A stretch of 64,000 nt of DNA from an uncultured virus (IMG/VR IMGVR_UViG_3300035670_000158) (Duplodnaviria; Heunggongvirae; Uroviricota; Caudoviricetes). The position numbers were made by a program, and so were the translations under genes. Positions 10,173 through 20,942 of the stretch are shown here, one piece after another. The notes beneath the pieces were generated by a model. It made no database searches. It was not told where the DNA came from and saw nothing but the letters and a program-made list of their open reading frames with translations. Numbering within the stretch: the first letter of the stretch is position 1; each line of letters begins with the position of its first letter. The DNA is taken from positions 1 through 64,000 of IMG/VR virus record IMGVR_UViG_3300035670_000158. The stretch is one strand, 5' to 3'.

Positions 10173-10311
10173 AGAGCGAATGAAAATTTGCGAATCGTGT
10201 GAATATCTAAAAGGAAAGTATAAAAGATGTGCTATTTGTAATTGCTTTATGGAAATAAAAACTAAACTTCCATTTGCAAAATGCCCACATAATCCGCCAA
10301 AGTGGATCTGA
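10141..10311 (+). CDS. Small Cys-rich (Zn-binding) protein (not in ORF track)
   Basis: ERMKICESC...RCAICNCFMEIKTKLPFAKCPHNPPKW; start codon uncertain (10141, 10153 or 10162). Confidence 0.6.
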   Translation: MMNNMEKMTAEERMKICESCEYLKGKYKRCAICNCFMEIKTKLPFAKCPHNPPKWI

Positions 10312-10314
10312 TTT

Positions 10315-11964
10315 ATGGCAAATGAAGTATATCTTGGTAATCCCAATCTAAAGAAAGCAAACACAAAAATTGAATTTACTGCTGAGCAAATTCAGGAGTT
10401 TATTAAGTGTAAAGAAGATCCAGTATATTTTGCTAGAAATTATATCAAAATTGTTAACGTTGATGAAGGTCTCGTTCCTTTTGAGATGTGGCCATTTCAG
10501 GAGAAATTGATATCACGATTTCATGAAAATAGATTTAATATTTGTATGATGCCTCGTCAGACTGGTAAGTCTACTACGTCGGTATCATATCTTCTTCATT
10601 ACTTAGTCTTCAACGACAATGTTAATATTGGTATTCTGGCAAACAAAGCATCTACTGCCAGAGACCTATTATCAAGACTAGCCACTGCATATGAGAATCT
10701 TCCTAAGTGGATGCAGCAGGGTGTTTTGGCATGGAATAAAGGTAACATTGAATTAGAAAATGGAAGCAAAATTTTAGCAGCATCTACATCGGCTGCTGCT
10801 GTTCGTGGTATGACCTTCAACATTATTTTCTTGGACGAATTTGCGTTCGTTCCAAATCATATTGCTGATGACTTCTTTAGTTCAGTTTATCCCACAATTT
10901 CATCTGGTAAATCCACAAAAATTATTATTGTTTCTACCCCCAAGGGTATGAATCACTTCTATCGCATGTGGCATGATGCGGAAAGAGGTGCAAATGAATA
11001 CGTTCCCACTCAAGTTCATTGGTCTGAAGTTCCAGGAAGAGATGAAGCTTGGCGAGAACAAACAATCAAAAACACTAGCGAACAGCAATTCAAAGTTGAA
11101 TTTGAATGTGAATTCTTAGGATCTGTTGATACGCTAATTGCTCCAGCAAAATTAAGGAGCATGATTTATGATACTCCCATTAAATCAAATCAAGGTTTGG
11201 ATGTTTATGAAGATCCAATTTCAAATCATGATTATGTTTGTACGGTTGACGTAGCAAGAGGAGTTGGTGAAGATTACTCTGCATTTGTAGTAATTGATAT
11301 CACATCTTTCCCACACAAGCTTGTGGTGAAATACCGAAAGAATGATATCAAACCAATGCTGTTTCCAAACATTATTTGGGAAACTTGTAAAGCATACAAC
11401 AATGCCTTTATTTTATGTGAGGTTAATGATATTGGAGATCAAGTAGCATCAATCTTACAGTATGATTTGGAATATCAAAATCTTCTCATGTGTTCTATGA
11501 GAGGACGAGCAGGACAAATAGTTGGACAAGGTTTTAGTGGAAAGAAAACACAACTTGGCGTCAAGATGTCTAAGACTGTAAAAAAAGTTGGTTCACTCAA
11601 TTTGAAAACAATGATTGAGTCCGACAAATTATTATTCAAAGATTATGAAGTAATATCAGAACTAACTACTTTTATATCAAAGCATAATTCCTTTGAGGCA
11701 GAAGAAGGATGTAATGATGACCTTGCAATGTGTTTGGTCATATATGCTTGGTTAGTTGCTCAAGATTACTTCAAAGAACTTACGGATCAAGATGTTCGTA
11801 AGAGGTTGTATGAAGAACAAAAAAATCAGATTGAACAAGATATGTCTCCTTTCGGATTTTTGGATGATGGACTAACAGATACCAATAGTTTTGTTGATGC
11901 TGATGGAGATAGATGGTTTACTGATGAGTATGGTGATCGTTCATACATGTGGGACTATCTGTAA
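10315..11964 (+). CDS. gp17: Terminase large subunit gp17
   Basis: YLGNPNLK, PRQTGKST Walker A, FLDEFAF Walker B, DDLAM nuclease motif. Confidence 0.97.
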   Translation: MANEVYLGNPNLKKANTKIEFTAEQIQEFIKCKEDPVYFARNYIKIVNVDEGLVPFEMWPFQEKLISRFHENRFNICMMPRQTGKSTTSVSYLLHYLVFNDNVNIGILANKASTARDLLSRLATAYENLPKWMQQGVLAWNKGNIELENGSKILAASTSAAAVRGMTFNIIFLDEFAFVPNHIADDFFSSVYPTISSGKSTKIIIVSTPKGMNHFYRMWHDAERGANEYVPTQVHWSEVPGRDEAWREQTIKNTSEQQFKVEFECEFLGSVDTLIAPAKLRSMIYDTPIKSNQGLDVYEDPISNHDYVCTVDVARGVGEDYSAFVVIDITSFPHKLVVKYRKNDIKPMLFPNIIWETCKAYNNAFILCEVNDIGDQVASILQYDLEYQNLLMCSMRGRAGQIVGQGFSGKKTQLGVKMSKTVKKVGSLNLKTMIESDKLLFKDYEVISELTTFISKHNSFEAEEGCNDDLAMCLVIYAWLVAQDYFKELTDQDVRKRLYEEQKNQIEQDMSPFGFLDDGLTDTNSFVDADGDRWFTDEYGDRSYMWDYL

Positions 11965-11975
11965 AAGGTCTTAAT

Positions 11976-11983
11976 TATAAATA
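11976..11983 (+). promoter_or_regulatory. T4-type late promoter
   Basis: TATAAATA upstream of gp18. Confidence 0.75.
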
Positions 11984-12017
11984 TTTTTAGACAAAAATGG
12001 ACCTTTAGGAGAATCAA

Positions 12018-14237
12018 ATGGCAGTAGCATTATTGTCTCCTGGTGTACTTATCAGGGAGGTTGACCTCACTGTAGGTAGAGCAGAAAACGTTTTAGATAA
12101 TATCGGAGCTATCTGCGGTCCTTTTCAAAGAGGACCTGTAGACGAACCATATACCATTGAGACAGAGCAAGAACTTATTGAAGTTTTTGGAAAACCAATT
12201 AGTACGGATGCTCAATATGAGTATTGGATGTGTGCTAGTTCTTTCCTATCGTATGGTGGCGTTCTAAAAGTAGTAAGAACTAATGGTGCCACCCTCAATA
12301 ATGCTAATGCTGGTAGCGATGTTTCTTCAGATACATCTCTGAAGATTAAAAATTACGACGATTATAAGCAGAACTATCAATCTGATACTGGTTGGACTTT
12401 TGCTGCAAAAACCCCAGGTAGATGGGCAAATGGTCTGAAAGTATGCTTTATTGACGATCTTGCCGACCAAACCGTTGGCATCAATACTACAAGTCTTGCT
12501 GGTTTTGGCATCACTGTTGGTTACGCTGTAACCATGGGTCTGAGCAACCTAGTTCTACCAAATGCATCAACCGGAACTATTTCCACATTCACTGGTTACC
12601 TCAAGGGTATTGTTACTGGAGTAAAGACTGACTCCAATGCTGGAAATTCAACCTTTGATGTTAAATGGTTCTCACGTGTAGAAACCGTTGGTGCTGGCGC
12701 AACTGAGACTAGAATTTCTTATGAGAAGAATAGTGATGCTGCTTCAATCTCAATTGGTAGCACTTTCCAAGATGATACTTCACTAGTTTTCAAAGATAGT
12801 TCTGGAACAGTAACTGGAACAGGAAGAAGTGCTGCTACAGCTATTGATTGGTACGATCAACAACAACTTCCAATTGTAAATGGAAACATCTTCTGGAAGT
12901 CTATTGCACCAAAACCAGTAAGCAATAATTACGTAAGTGAGCGTCAAGGATACAATGATGGTATCAATATTTGTATTGTTGATGATGAAGGTGCAGTAAC
13001 TGGAATTCAAGGAAACATTGTTGAGAAGTTTTCTTCTCTTTCCAAAGCACTTGATACCGTTTCTTCGGTAAATGCTCCACAGAAAATCTGGTACAAGGAT
13101 TTCCTCGCAGATTTCTCTGGTTATGCTTATGCGGGTGTAAATCCATCTGCCGATCCAGATACATACTGGAATACTGTTCCTAGAGCAACTGGTTTCTCTA
13201 CTGCTTTTGTTCCAGTTACAACTTCTGAAGGTCTATGGGGACAAAATGCTCAGGGCATTACGTTCTCTGCAATTGGTAATGTTGGATATGCATTTAGCGG
13301 TGGTGTTGATTACAGTGCTGCTGGAGGACATAAAGCAACTCTTGGAGATCTAATTACTTCATATAATCTTTTCCGCAATAAGGAAGAGATTGCTGTTGAT
13401 TACTTAATCATGGGACCAAGCATCAATGGAATTGAAGAGTCTCAAGCAAAAGCAAACAGACTTATTTCCATTGCTGAAGAAAGACTTGATTGTGTTGCTA
13501 CCATTTCTCCACATAGAGATGGTGTTGTTGGAGTTATTGATGATGATACACAAGCAGCAAACATTATCAAATTTGCTAACGGTATTAGATCTTCATCTTA
13601 TGGCATCATTGATTCTGGTTATAAGTATACTTACGATAGATTCAATAATCAGTTCCGTTACGTTCCAACGAACGCTGACGTTGCTGGTCTCATGGTTCGT
13701 ACTAATATTAGAGCGTTCCCATGGTTCTCACCTGCTGGACAACAGCGTGGTGTGTTGAACAATGCAATTAAACTTGCATTCAATCCAAATCAAAATCAAA
13801 GAGATGAACTTTATCAGGCTCGTGTAAATCCAATTTCATTCCAACCTGGTATCGGAATTCTGCTCTTCGGTGATAAGACTGCTCTTGGTTATGCCTCCGC
13901 GTTTGATAGAATCAACGTTAGAAGATTGTTCCTGACTGTGGAGCAAGCTCTAGAGGGTGCTGCTAAAGCGCAACTATTTGAACTCAACGATGAAATCACA
14001 AGAGCGAACTTTGTAAACATCGTAGAACCTTATCTCCGCGATGTTCAAGCTAAGAGAGGTCTTTACGACTTCTTGGTTATTTGTGACGAAACAAATAACA
14101 CACCTGATGTTATTGACAATAATGAGTTCAGAGCGGACATCTTCCTGAAGCCCGCCAAGTCGATCAACTACGTCTCCCTCACCTTTGTTGCCACCAGAAC
14201 TGGTGTCAGCTTTGAGGAAGTCGCTGGTAGAGTCTAA
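12018..14237 (+). CDS. gp18: Tail sheath protein gp18
   Basis: LLSPGVLIRE, WFSPAG, FDRINVRRLF motifs. Confidence 0.97.
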   Translation: MAVALLSPGVLIREVDLTVGRAENVLDNIGAICGPFQRGPVDEPYTIETEQELIEVFGKPISTDAQYEYWMCASSFLSYGGVLKVVRTNGATLNNANAGSDVSSDTSLKIKNYDDYKQNYQSDTGWTFAAKTPGRWANGLKVCFIDDLADQTVGINTTSLAGFGITVGYAVTMGLSNLVLPNASTGTISTFTGYLKGIVTGVKTDSNAGNSTFDVKWFSRVETVGAGATETRISYEKNSDAASISIGSTFQDDTSLVFKDSSGTVTGTGRSAATAIDWYDQQQLPIVNGNIFWKSIAPKPVSNNYVSERQGYNDGINICIVDDEGAVTGIQGNIVEKFSSLSKALDTVSSVNAPQKIWYKDFLADFSGYAYAGVNPSADPDTYWNTVPRATGFSTAFVPVTTSEGLWGQNAQGITFSAIGNVGYAFSGGVDYSAAGGHKATLGDLITSYNLFRNKEEIAVDYLIMGPSINGIEESQAKANRLISIAEERLDCVATISPHRDGVVGVIDDDTQAANIIKFANGIRSSSYGIIDSGYKYTYDRFNNQFRYVPTNADVAGLMVRTNIRAFPWFSPAGQQRGVLNNAIKLAFNPNQNQRDELYQARVNPISFQPGIGILLFGDKTALGYASAFDRINVRRLFLTVEQALEGAAKAQLFELNDEITRANFVNIVEPYLRDVQAKRGLYDFLVICDETNNTPDVIDNNEFRADIFLKPAKSINYVSLTFVATRTGVSFEEVAGRV

Positions 14238-14267
14238 TTCACGAAGATCACCTGAGAGCAAAGACCA

Positions 14268-14900
14268 ATGGCAGAATCACCTTCAATTAAAACTATTTCG
14301 AACTTCAAATCCGTCCTAAAAGGCGGTGGGGCACGCCCCAATTTATTTGAAGTTACGATTCCAGAATTCCCATCTTATGTTACTAAAGATGGAGAAATGC
14401 TGAAGGATCTAACCTTCATGTGCAAAGGAGCTAACCTTCCTGCTTCAAACGTTGCATCAATCGATGTTCCTTTTAGAGGTCGTACTCTAAAAGTTGCTGG
14501 AGACAGAACCTTTGATCCTTGGACCATCACTGTTATCAATGACGAAGACTTCAGAATTCGTCACGCATTTGAAACTTGGATGAACGGTATCAGCAAGTTG
14601 TCTAACAACACTGGCGCATCTAATCCAAATGCTTACATGAAAGATGCGTATGTGTATCAACTTGGAAGAGGAACTAGTGGGCAAATAGAAACCACTACGG
14701 CAGTTCCAGATGCAGGTCCAGGAAGAGTAACACAGACTAAGGCTAATGTACTGAGATCATATCGTTTTTACGATATCTTCCCAACATCAGTTTCTGAAAT
14801 TGCTCTGTCATATGACACTGGAGACACAGTTGAAGAATTCACTGTTGAACTACAAGTTCAATATTTCGAAATCGACGGTGGACCTGGTGCGTTGAACTAA
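14268..14900 (+). CDS. gp19: Tail tube protein gp19
   Basis: GGARPNLFEV, GDRTFDPWTIT motifs. Confidence 0.95.
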   Translation: MAESPSIKTISNFKSVLKGGGARPNLFEVTIPEFPSYVTKDGEMLKDLTFMCKGANLPASNVASIDVPFRGRTLKVAGDRTFDPWTITVINDEDFRIRHAFETWMNGISKLSNNTGASNPNAYMKDAYVYQLGRGTSGQIETTTAVPDAGPGRVTQTKANVLRSYRFYDIFPTSVSEIALSYDTGDTVEEFTVELQVQYFEIDGGPGALN

Positions 14901-14928
14901 TAAATAGTTCATACGACAAAATTACACG

Positions 14929-16611
14929 ATGGCGAAATTATTCGGGTTTTCAATTGAGGATACTGATGAAGTATCAAAATCAGTGGTCAGTCCTGTTCCT
15001 CCAAGTGATGAGGACGGGAATGACCACTATATTACTTCCGGATTTTTTGGTTCTTATATTGACTTAGAGGGCACATATAAAAACGAAGTTGAACTTATTC
15101 GTCGTTATAGAGAAATGGCACTGCACCCAGAGGTGGACAGTGCCATTGAAGATATTGTACATGAAGCAATTGTAAGTGATCTCAACGACAGTCCTGTAGA
15201 AATTGAACTATCAAATCTCAATGCTTCGGATGGGATAAAGAAAAAAATAAGAGAAGAGTTTAAATTTATCAAAGATCTATTGGATTTTGATAAAAAGTCT
15301 CATGAAATTTATAGAAACTGGTATGTAGATGGTAGACTATATTACCACAAAGTAATTGATCTTAAAAAACCTGATAAAGGAATTCAGGAGTTGAGATACA
15401 TTGATGCAGCAAAAATGCGTTATGTTCGTCATGCAAAAAAGACCACAAAGGATCAAGGAATTATTGCTAGAAAAACAGATCTAAATTCAGTGGATCAGGC
15501 ATTTCCAGAGATTGAAGAGTATTTCATTTATACTCCAAAACTCAGTTACCCTGTAGGAAATCCAGCTGCTGCTCAAGATCAAAAGGGAGTTAGATTTTCA
15601 AAGGACTCAATTACATATTGCACATCTGGTCTTGTAGATAGAAATAAAGGATCAACACTTTCATATCTACACAAAGCAATCAAAGCACTCAATCAACTTC
15701 GTATGATTGAAGATAGTCTCGTTATCTACAGACTATCTCGTGCTCCAGAGCGTAGAATTTTTTATATCGATGTAGGCAATCTTCCAAAAGTAAAAGCGGA
15801 ACAATACTTGCGTGATGTAATGTCTCGTTATAGAAATAAACTAGTTTATAATGCTGCGACTGGTGAAATTCGTGATGATAAAAAGTTTATGTCTATGATG
15901 GAAGATTTTTGGTTACCACGTAGAGAGGGTGGTCGTGGTACAGAAATTACAACTCTTCCTGGTGGACAGAATCTTGGTGAACTAACAGACGTTGAATATT
16001 TCAAAAAGAAACTTTACAAATCACTAAATGTTCCCATCTCTCGTATTGAAGGAGATGGTGGTTTCAACCTTGGACGTTCGTCAGAAATTCTAAGAGATGA
16101 ACTCAAGTTCAGTAAGTTTGTTGGTCGTCTAAGAAAAAGATTTTCTGCTATGTTCCTTGATATGTTGAGGACACAACTTCTCCTTAAAAATATCATTACC
16201 CCAGAAGATTGGGAGTCAATGTCTGAACATATTCAGTTTGACTTCCTATATGATAATCATTTTTCCGAATTGAAAGAAGCAGAATTGATGGAAAATAGAA
16301 TCAATCTTGCAACCTTAGCAGAACCTTACATTGGCAAGTACTTCTCACAAGATTATGTTCGTCGTAAGATTATTCGTCAAACAGATGCAGACATTCTTGA
16401 AGAAGATGCAAAGATCAAAAAAGAAATTGAAGATGGAATCATTGTAGATCCATTGGAAGCAGCAATGGCAATGGATGGGGTTGGACAAATGGGTGCTCAA
16501 GAGGGAGCAGTTGGTGCTGGTCCAGACCTAGGCAAACCAGTAATGGAACCAGATTTAGAATCTCAAGGAAGTACAACAGAAGTAAAAACACCCAAAGGTG
16601 GTGAAATATAA
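14929..16611 (+). CDS. gp20: Portal protein gp20
   Basis: YRLSRAPERRIFYIDVGN, EDFWLPRREGGRGTEI motifs. Confidence 0.97.
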   Translation: MAKLFGFSIEDTDEVSKSVVSPVPPSDEDGNDHYITSGFFGSYIDLEGTYKNEVELIRRYREMALHPEVDSAIEDIVHEAIVSDLNDSPVEIELSNLNASDGIKKKIREEFKFIKDLLDFDKKSHEIYRNWYVDGRLYYHKVIDLKKPDKGIQELRYIDAAKMRYVRHAKKTTKDQGIIARKTDLNSVDQAFPEIEEYFIYTPKLSYPVGNPAAAQDQKGVRFSKDSITYCTSGLVDRNKGSTLSYLHKAIKALNQLRMIEDSLVIYRLSRAPERRIFYIDVGNLPKVKAEQYLRDVMSRYRNKLVYNAATGEIRDDKKFMSMMEDFWLPRREGGRGTEITTLPGGQNLGELTDVEYFKKKLYKSLNVPISRIEGDGGFNLGRSSEILRDELKFSKFVGRLRKRFSAMFLDMLRTQLLLKNIITPEDWESMSEHIQFDFLYDNHFSELKEAELMENRINLATLAEPYIGKYFSQDYVRRKIIRQTDADILEEDAKIKKEIEDGIIVDPLEAAMAMDGVGQMGAQEGAVGAGPDLGKPVMEPDLESQGSTTEVKTPKGGEI

Positions 16612-16639
16612 ATAAATATAGTCTTTGTTTATTAATAAA

Positions 16640-16846
16640 ATGGAAGAATTAATGGATTTAATGGTGACTGATGAATCTCCATCTTCTATTTCAGATAAAA
16701 TGAAGGAGATTCTCTTTTCAAAAGCATCTGAAAGAGTTGATGGTATGAAACCATATGCTGCTTCATCTTTGTTTGGAGAGCATGATGTAGATGATGAAGA
16801 AGTTGAAGAAGATGATTATGAAGAAGAATCCGAAGAGGAAGAGTGA
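16640..16846 (+). CDS. Small acidic protein, putative prohead core component
   Basis: Acidic tail; lies between gp20 and gp21; ATG at 16640. Confidence 0.5.
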   Translation: MEELMDLMVTDESPSSISDKMKEILFSKASERVDGMKPYAASSLFGEHDVDDEEVEEDDYEEESEEEE

Positions 16847-17370
16847 TGGCATTAAAGATTGTACAAACATATAATCAACTTACTGCAGGTTCTGGTGCTG
16901 CAACTACAACCGGTGGCATTGCACTAAAAACTGGATACCTTAGAGTATCAACAGCAGCAACCGCAGTTTATCTTGATATCGGTGGAGATCCTGTTGCCAC
17001 GATTAATTCTTTCCATGTCCCAACTCAAAGATCTGAAATTATAAAAGAGAGAGTTGCAAGACAAAGAATTTCTGGCATTACAACAGGAACAACCACAGTT
17101 ATTGCTTTTGCTGAAAATGCTGGTAATCCATTTTTAGTTGGGGATTATGTAACGATTGAAAATGCACATCCTGCAGGCATTAATACAACACATAATCTTG
17201 TCACGGCAACAACAGATTCTTCGATTACCATTTCTCATAATAGTTCAGCAATAACAGGTATTGCACTTACCAGTGCTACCGTTGCCAGGAGCATAAAAAT
17301 TTCTGCATTAGGTACAGTTTCAGCGGCACCACTCAGTATTGCCGAAATACAAATTTCATCTCAGGCATAA
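16843..17370 (+). CDS. Hypothetical virion protein
   Basis: 175-aa T/A-rich ORF in the head cluster. Confidence 0.55.
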   Translation: MMALKIVQTYNQLTAGSGAATTTGGIALKTGYLRVSTAATAVYLDIGGDPVATINSFHVPTQRSEIIKERVARQRISGITTGTTTVIAFAENAGNPFLVGDYVTIENAHPAGINTTHNLVTATTDSSITISHNSSAITGIALTSATVARSIKISALGTVSAAPLSIAEIQISSQA

Positions 17371-17372
17371 AA

Positions 17373-18023
17373 ATGAAGCTCATCACAGAAGAAATCGAAT
17401 CAGTTGAGTTTCTTGTCGAGTCAAAAAACGGCAAGAAACAACTCTATATCGAAGGAATCTTCCTCCAAGGTAATATCAAAAACCGCAATGGTCGTATGTA
17501 TCCAATGGAAACGCTCAGGCGTGAAGTTGGTAGATACAATGAGAATCATGTGATGAAAGGAAGAGCTCTAGGTGAACTAGGACATCCAGAAGGTCCAACG
17601 GTAAACCTTGATAGAGTTTCTCACAAAATTATTTCACTCAGAGAAAGTGGTAACAATTTTATTGGCAAAGCGAAAATTCTCAATACTCCAATGGGAAAGA
17701 TTGCATCTTCTCTTATTGATGAAGGTGTAAAACTGGGGGTTTCTTCTAGAGGAATTGGTTCTCTCAAATTAACAAGAGAGGGAATCAATGTTGTCAGCGA
17801 TGATTTCATGTTAGCAACTGCTGCTGATATTGTTGCCGATCCTTCTGCTCCTGATGCTTTTGTTGAAGGTATTATGGAAGGAAAAGAGTGGGTATGGGAT
17901 GGAGGCGTATTGCGTGAAGCATACGCTAAAAAGACATACAAAGAGATCAATACTTTAGTTGATCAAAAGAGACTTGATGAGAATAAATTACGTCTCTTTA
18001 ATGACTTCTTACAAAATATCTAA
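17373..18023 (+). CDS. gp21: Prohead protease gp21
   Basis: NRNGRMYP, ALGELGHP, GVSSRG motifs. Confidence 0.96.
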   Translation: MKLITEEIESVEFLVESKNGKKQLYIEGIFLQGNIKNRNGRMYPMETLRREVGRYNENHVMKGRALGELGHPEGPTVNLDRVSHKIISLRESGNNFIGKAKILNTPMGKIASSLIDEGVKLGVSSRGIGSLKLTREGINVVSDDFMLATAADIVADPSAPDAFVEGIMEGKEWVWDGGVLREAYAKKTYKEINTLVDQKRLDENKLRLFNDFLQNI

Positions 18024-18024
18024 T

Positions 18025-18032
18025 TATAAATA
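18025..18032 (+). promoter_or_regulatory. T4-type late promoter
   Basis: TATAAATA upstream of gp22. Confidence 0.75.
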
Positions 18033-18072
18033 AATATAGACTAATACAAAGGTTTAAATCGGAGAACTTCAA

Positions 18073-19155
18073 ATGTCGCGTGGAAATCTACAAGAAATGG
18101 AAGTAGGCACAAAGCAATCCAAAACCGCTGTTAATGCTGGTGCAAAGGCTGCCGAATCCATGCCAAAAATGGCAGACCCTGGCACTCAACTAGGCAGCGT
18201 AGAGGATTTGGGAGGTCCTACCCCAGAAAACTATCGTTCTGATGACGATAGTGCAAAACTGAAAACTCCTGGTGGGACTTTGAAGCAAGTTCGTGATGTT
18301 GTGAATAAAGGTGCCAAGAGTGCCGATGGCATGAAAGGTATGAAAGAAGAAGAAGAACTTGATGATGAAGAAGTGCTATCCGAAGTTGATGAAACTGAAG
18401 AAGATGAAGATGAAATCGTAGAAGAAGAAATTGATGTCGAAGAAGATGTCAATGCTCTTCTCGGTGGAGAAGAACTTTCAGAAGAGTTCAAGGAAAAAGC
18501 AAAAACCATTTTTGAAGCTGCCCTTAAGTCTAAGGTAGCAGAAATCAGAGAATCCCTGGAAGAGCAATATGCTATGGCTCTTGCAGAGGAAGTAGAAGAA
18601 CTCAAAGTAGAACTTCAAGAGCGTGTTGATTCTTATCTAGAGTATGTTGCAGATGAGTGGATCTCAGAGAATCAAATCGCTGTAGAAAGAGGACTTAAAG
18701 TTGAAATGACTGAATCCTTCTTAGAAGGTATGAAGTCACTTTTTGAAGAACATTATGTATCAATTCCTGAAGAGAAATATGATGTCTTGTCTGCCATGGC
18801 AGATAAGTTAGATGACATGGAGACTAAACTCAACGAGCAAATCGAAAAGAATATTTCCCTCAATCGCCGTCTCGCAGAGTCGGTTGCTGATGGAATTCTT
18901 GCTGATGTCTCTGAAGGTCTTGCTGAGACCCAGAAAGAGAAGCTCGCTTCACTTGCCGAAGGTGTTGAGTTTGATGGTGAAGAATCGTTTAGAGAAAAAC
19001 TGGTCACACTGAGAGAATCATATTTCTCTAATACCAGATCAGTGACTCAATCATCAACTGCTGATACCCTATCTGAAGGTGTAGATCATACCGAAGTTCC
19101 TACTGGTGGTATGTCATCCTACATCGAGATGCTCAGCAAGATGAATACCAAGTGA
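18073..19155 (+). CDS. gp22: Prohead core scaffold gp22
   Basis: Acidic coiled coil, TIFEAA, YLEYVADEW; between gp21 and gp23. Confidence 0.92.
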   Translation: MSRGNLQEMEVGTKQSKTAVNAGAKAAESMPKMADPGTQLGSVEDLGGPTPENYRSDDDSAKLKTPGGTLKQVRDVVNKGAKSADGMKGMKEEEELDDEEVLSEVDETEEDEDEIVEEEIDVEEDVNALLGGEELSEEFKEKAKTIFEAALKSKVAEIRESLEEQYAMALAEEVEELKVELQERVDSYLEYVADEWISENQIAVERGLKVEMTESFLEGMKSLFEEHYVSIPEEKYDVLSAMADKLDDMETKLNEQIEKNISLNRRLAESVADGILADVSEGLAETQKEKLASLAEGVEFDGEESFREKLVTLRESYFSNTRSVTQSSTADTLSEGVDHTEVPTGGMSSYIEMLSKMNTK

Positions 19156-19199
19156 ATTTAAGATTAACAAACCCAAACGTTTACCAAAGGTAAAAACCA

Positions 19200-20615
19200 A
19201 TGTTCCATTCAGAGCATCTGGTAGAAAAGTGGAAGCCGCTTCTTGATCATGATGGAGGCATTCAAGACTCCCATCGTAGAGCTGTAACCGCTGTTCTGCT
19301 AGAGAACCAAGAGAAATTCCTCCGTGAAGAACATGCCTTCAATAGTGGCATGAACCTCATGGAAACTCCAACCATCAATACCAATAGTTCAGTTTCAGCC
19401 GCTGGTTTCAGTGCTGATGCTGCTAGTGCTGGTCCTGTTGCTGGTTTCGATCCAGTTCTGATCTCATTGATCAGACGTGCAATGCCCAACCTGGTCGCTT
19501 ATGACCTCGCTGGCGTTCAACCAATGAACGGTCCTACTGGACTCATCTTTGCAATGCGTTCACGCTATGCTGCTCCTGGTACTCCAGGAATGAGTGGCAC
19601 TGAAGCCTTCTATAACGAAGCTGATACCTCCTTCTCAGGTATGGATCATGGCTTCGATAACACCAGCTACTTCTCTGATGTTGCTGCTGGTTTCGGTACT
19701 ACTTCACAGACTGGCACTAACCCTTCAGTTCTGAACCCTGTTGGTGCTGCTACTTCAACGCAGTACAACGTTGGTCAGGGCATGGGTACTGCTGATGCTG
19801 AAGCACTTGATGGCACTACCACCAATGCTTTCAACGAAATGGCTTTCTCAATCGAGAAAGTTACCGTTACTGCTAAGTCACGTGCTCTCAAAGCTGAGTA
19901 TTCACTAGAACTCGCTCAAGACCTTAAGGCAATTCATGGTTTGAATGCTGAGGCTGAACTTGCCAACATTCTCTCAACTGAGATTCTGGCTGAGATCAAC
20001 CGTGAAGTCATCAGAACCATCTACAAGGTTGCTGAACAGGGTGCTACCGTCAACACCGCTACCGCTGGTGAGTTCAACCTTGACGTTGACTCCAACGGTC
20101 GTTGGTCAGTTGAGAAGTTCAAGGGTCTCCTCTTCCAGATTGAGCGTGATGCCAACGCTATCGCTCAGAGAACTCGTAGAGGAAAGGGCAACATCATCAT
20201 GACTTCTGCTGACGTTGCTTCTGCCCTAACCATGGCTGGTGTACTTGATTACACCCCTGCTCTGAACGCTAACCTCAACGTTGATGACACTGGCAACACC
20301 TTTGCTGGAACCATCAATGGTAAGTATCGCGTCTATATTGACCCATATGCTGCTAACGTTGCTGCTAATCAGTACTACGTTGTTGGTTATAAGGGTTCTT
20401 CACCTTATGACGCTGGTATCTTCTACTGCCCTTATGTTCCTCTCCAAATGGTTCGTGCCGTTGGTGAGAACAACTTCCAGCCTAAGATTGGCTTTAAGAC
20501 CCGTTATGGTCTAGTTGCCAACCCATTCGCTGAAGGTACTGATCAGGGTCTAGGACGCCTTGCTCCTTCTCTGAACCGTTACTACAGAAGAGTCAAGGTT
20601 ACCAACCTAATGTGA
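19200..20615 (+). CDS. gp23: Major capsid protein gp23
   Basis: GVQPMNGPTGLIFAMR, KSRALKAEYS, FQPKIGFKTRYG motifs. Confidence 0.98.
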   Translation: MFHSEHLVEKWKPLLDHDGGIQDSHRRAVTAVLLENQEKFLREEHAFNSGMNLMETPTINTNSSVSAAGFSADAASAGPVAGFDPVLISLIRRAMPNLVAYDLAGVQPMNGPTGLIFAMRSRYAAPGTPGMSGTEAFYNEADTSFSGMDHGFDNTSYFSDVAAGFGTTSQTGTNPSVLNPVGAATSTQYNVGQGMGTADAEALDGTTTNAFNEMAFSIEKVTVTAKSRALKAEYSLELAQDLKAIHGLNAEAELANILSTEILAEINREVIRTIYKVAEQGATVNTATAGEFNLDVDSNGRWSVEKFKGLLFQIERDANAIAQRTRRGKGNIIMTSADVASALTMAGVLDYTPALNANLNVDDTGNTFAGTINGKYRVYIDPYAANVAANQYYVVGYKGSSPYDAGIFYCPYVPLQMVRAVGENNFQPKIGFKTRYGLVANPFAEGTDQGLGRLAPSLNRYYRRVKVTNLM

Positions 20616-20652
20616 TTTGTGCTATAATTCACTTGTGTGAAGGAAGTGCATC

Positions 20653-20680
20653 AGAGGGTCCGAAAGGACCCTCTTTTTTT
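20653..20680 (+). terminator. Intrinsic terminator after gp23
   Basis: AGAGGGTCC-GAAA-GGACCCTCT followed by a T-run. Confidence 0.9.
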
Positions 20681-20709
20681 CTAAATAGATTGTTCCCATA
20701 TTCAATTAT

Positions 20710-20919
20710 ATGGCAAGGGAATGGAATACTTCTTTTAGGGAACCCTGGAACCCAATCATAAAGAAGTGTCTAGACGCAATAGACTTGCATTCAAGACTTC
20801 ATTTATCCACAGGCGATATTTTTCATCACGAACAAGCAGAGATATTAAGAAAATATGTAAGTGATTTGAAAGATTGGATACATGCCACAGAACCAGAGGG
20901 ATGGCACAGAAATAAATAG
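20710..20919 (+). CDS. Hypothetical protein
   Basis: 69-aa ORF with CTAAATA upstream. Confidence 0.6.
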   Translation: MAREWNTSFREPWNPIIKKCLDAIDLHSRLHLSTGDIFHHEQAEILRKYVSDLKDWIHATEPEGWHRNK

Positions 20920-20942
20920 CATGATGGAGACCTGCGGAACTA

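Noticed and set aside
18231..19007. Ser-rich minus-strand ORFs opposite gp22
   Set aside because: They arise from GAA/GAT-rich acidic coding on the + strand
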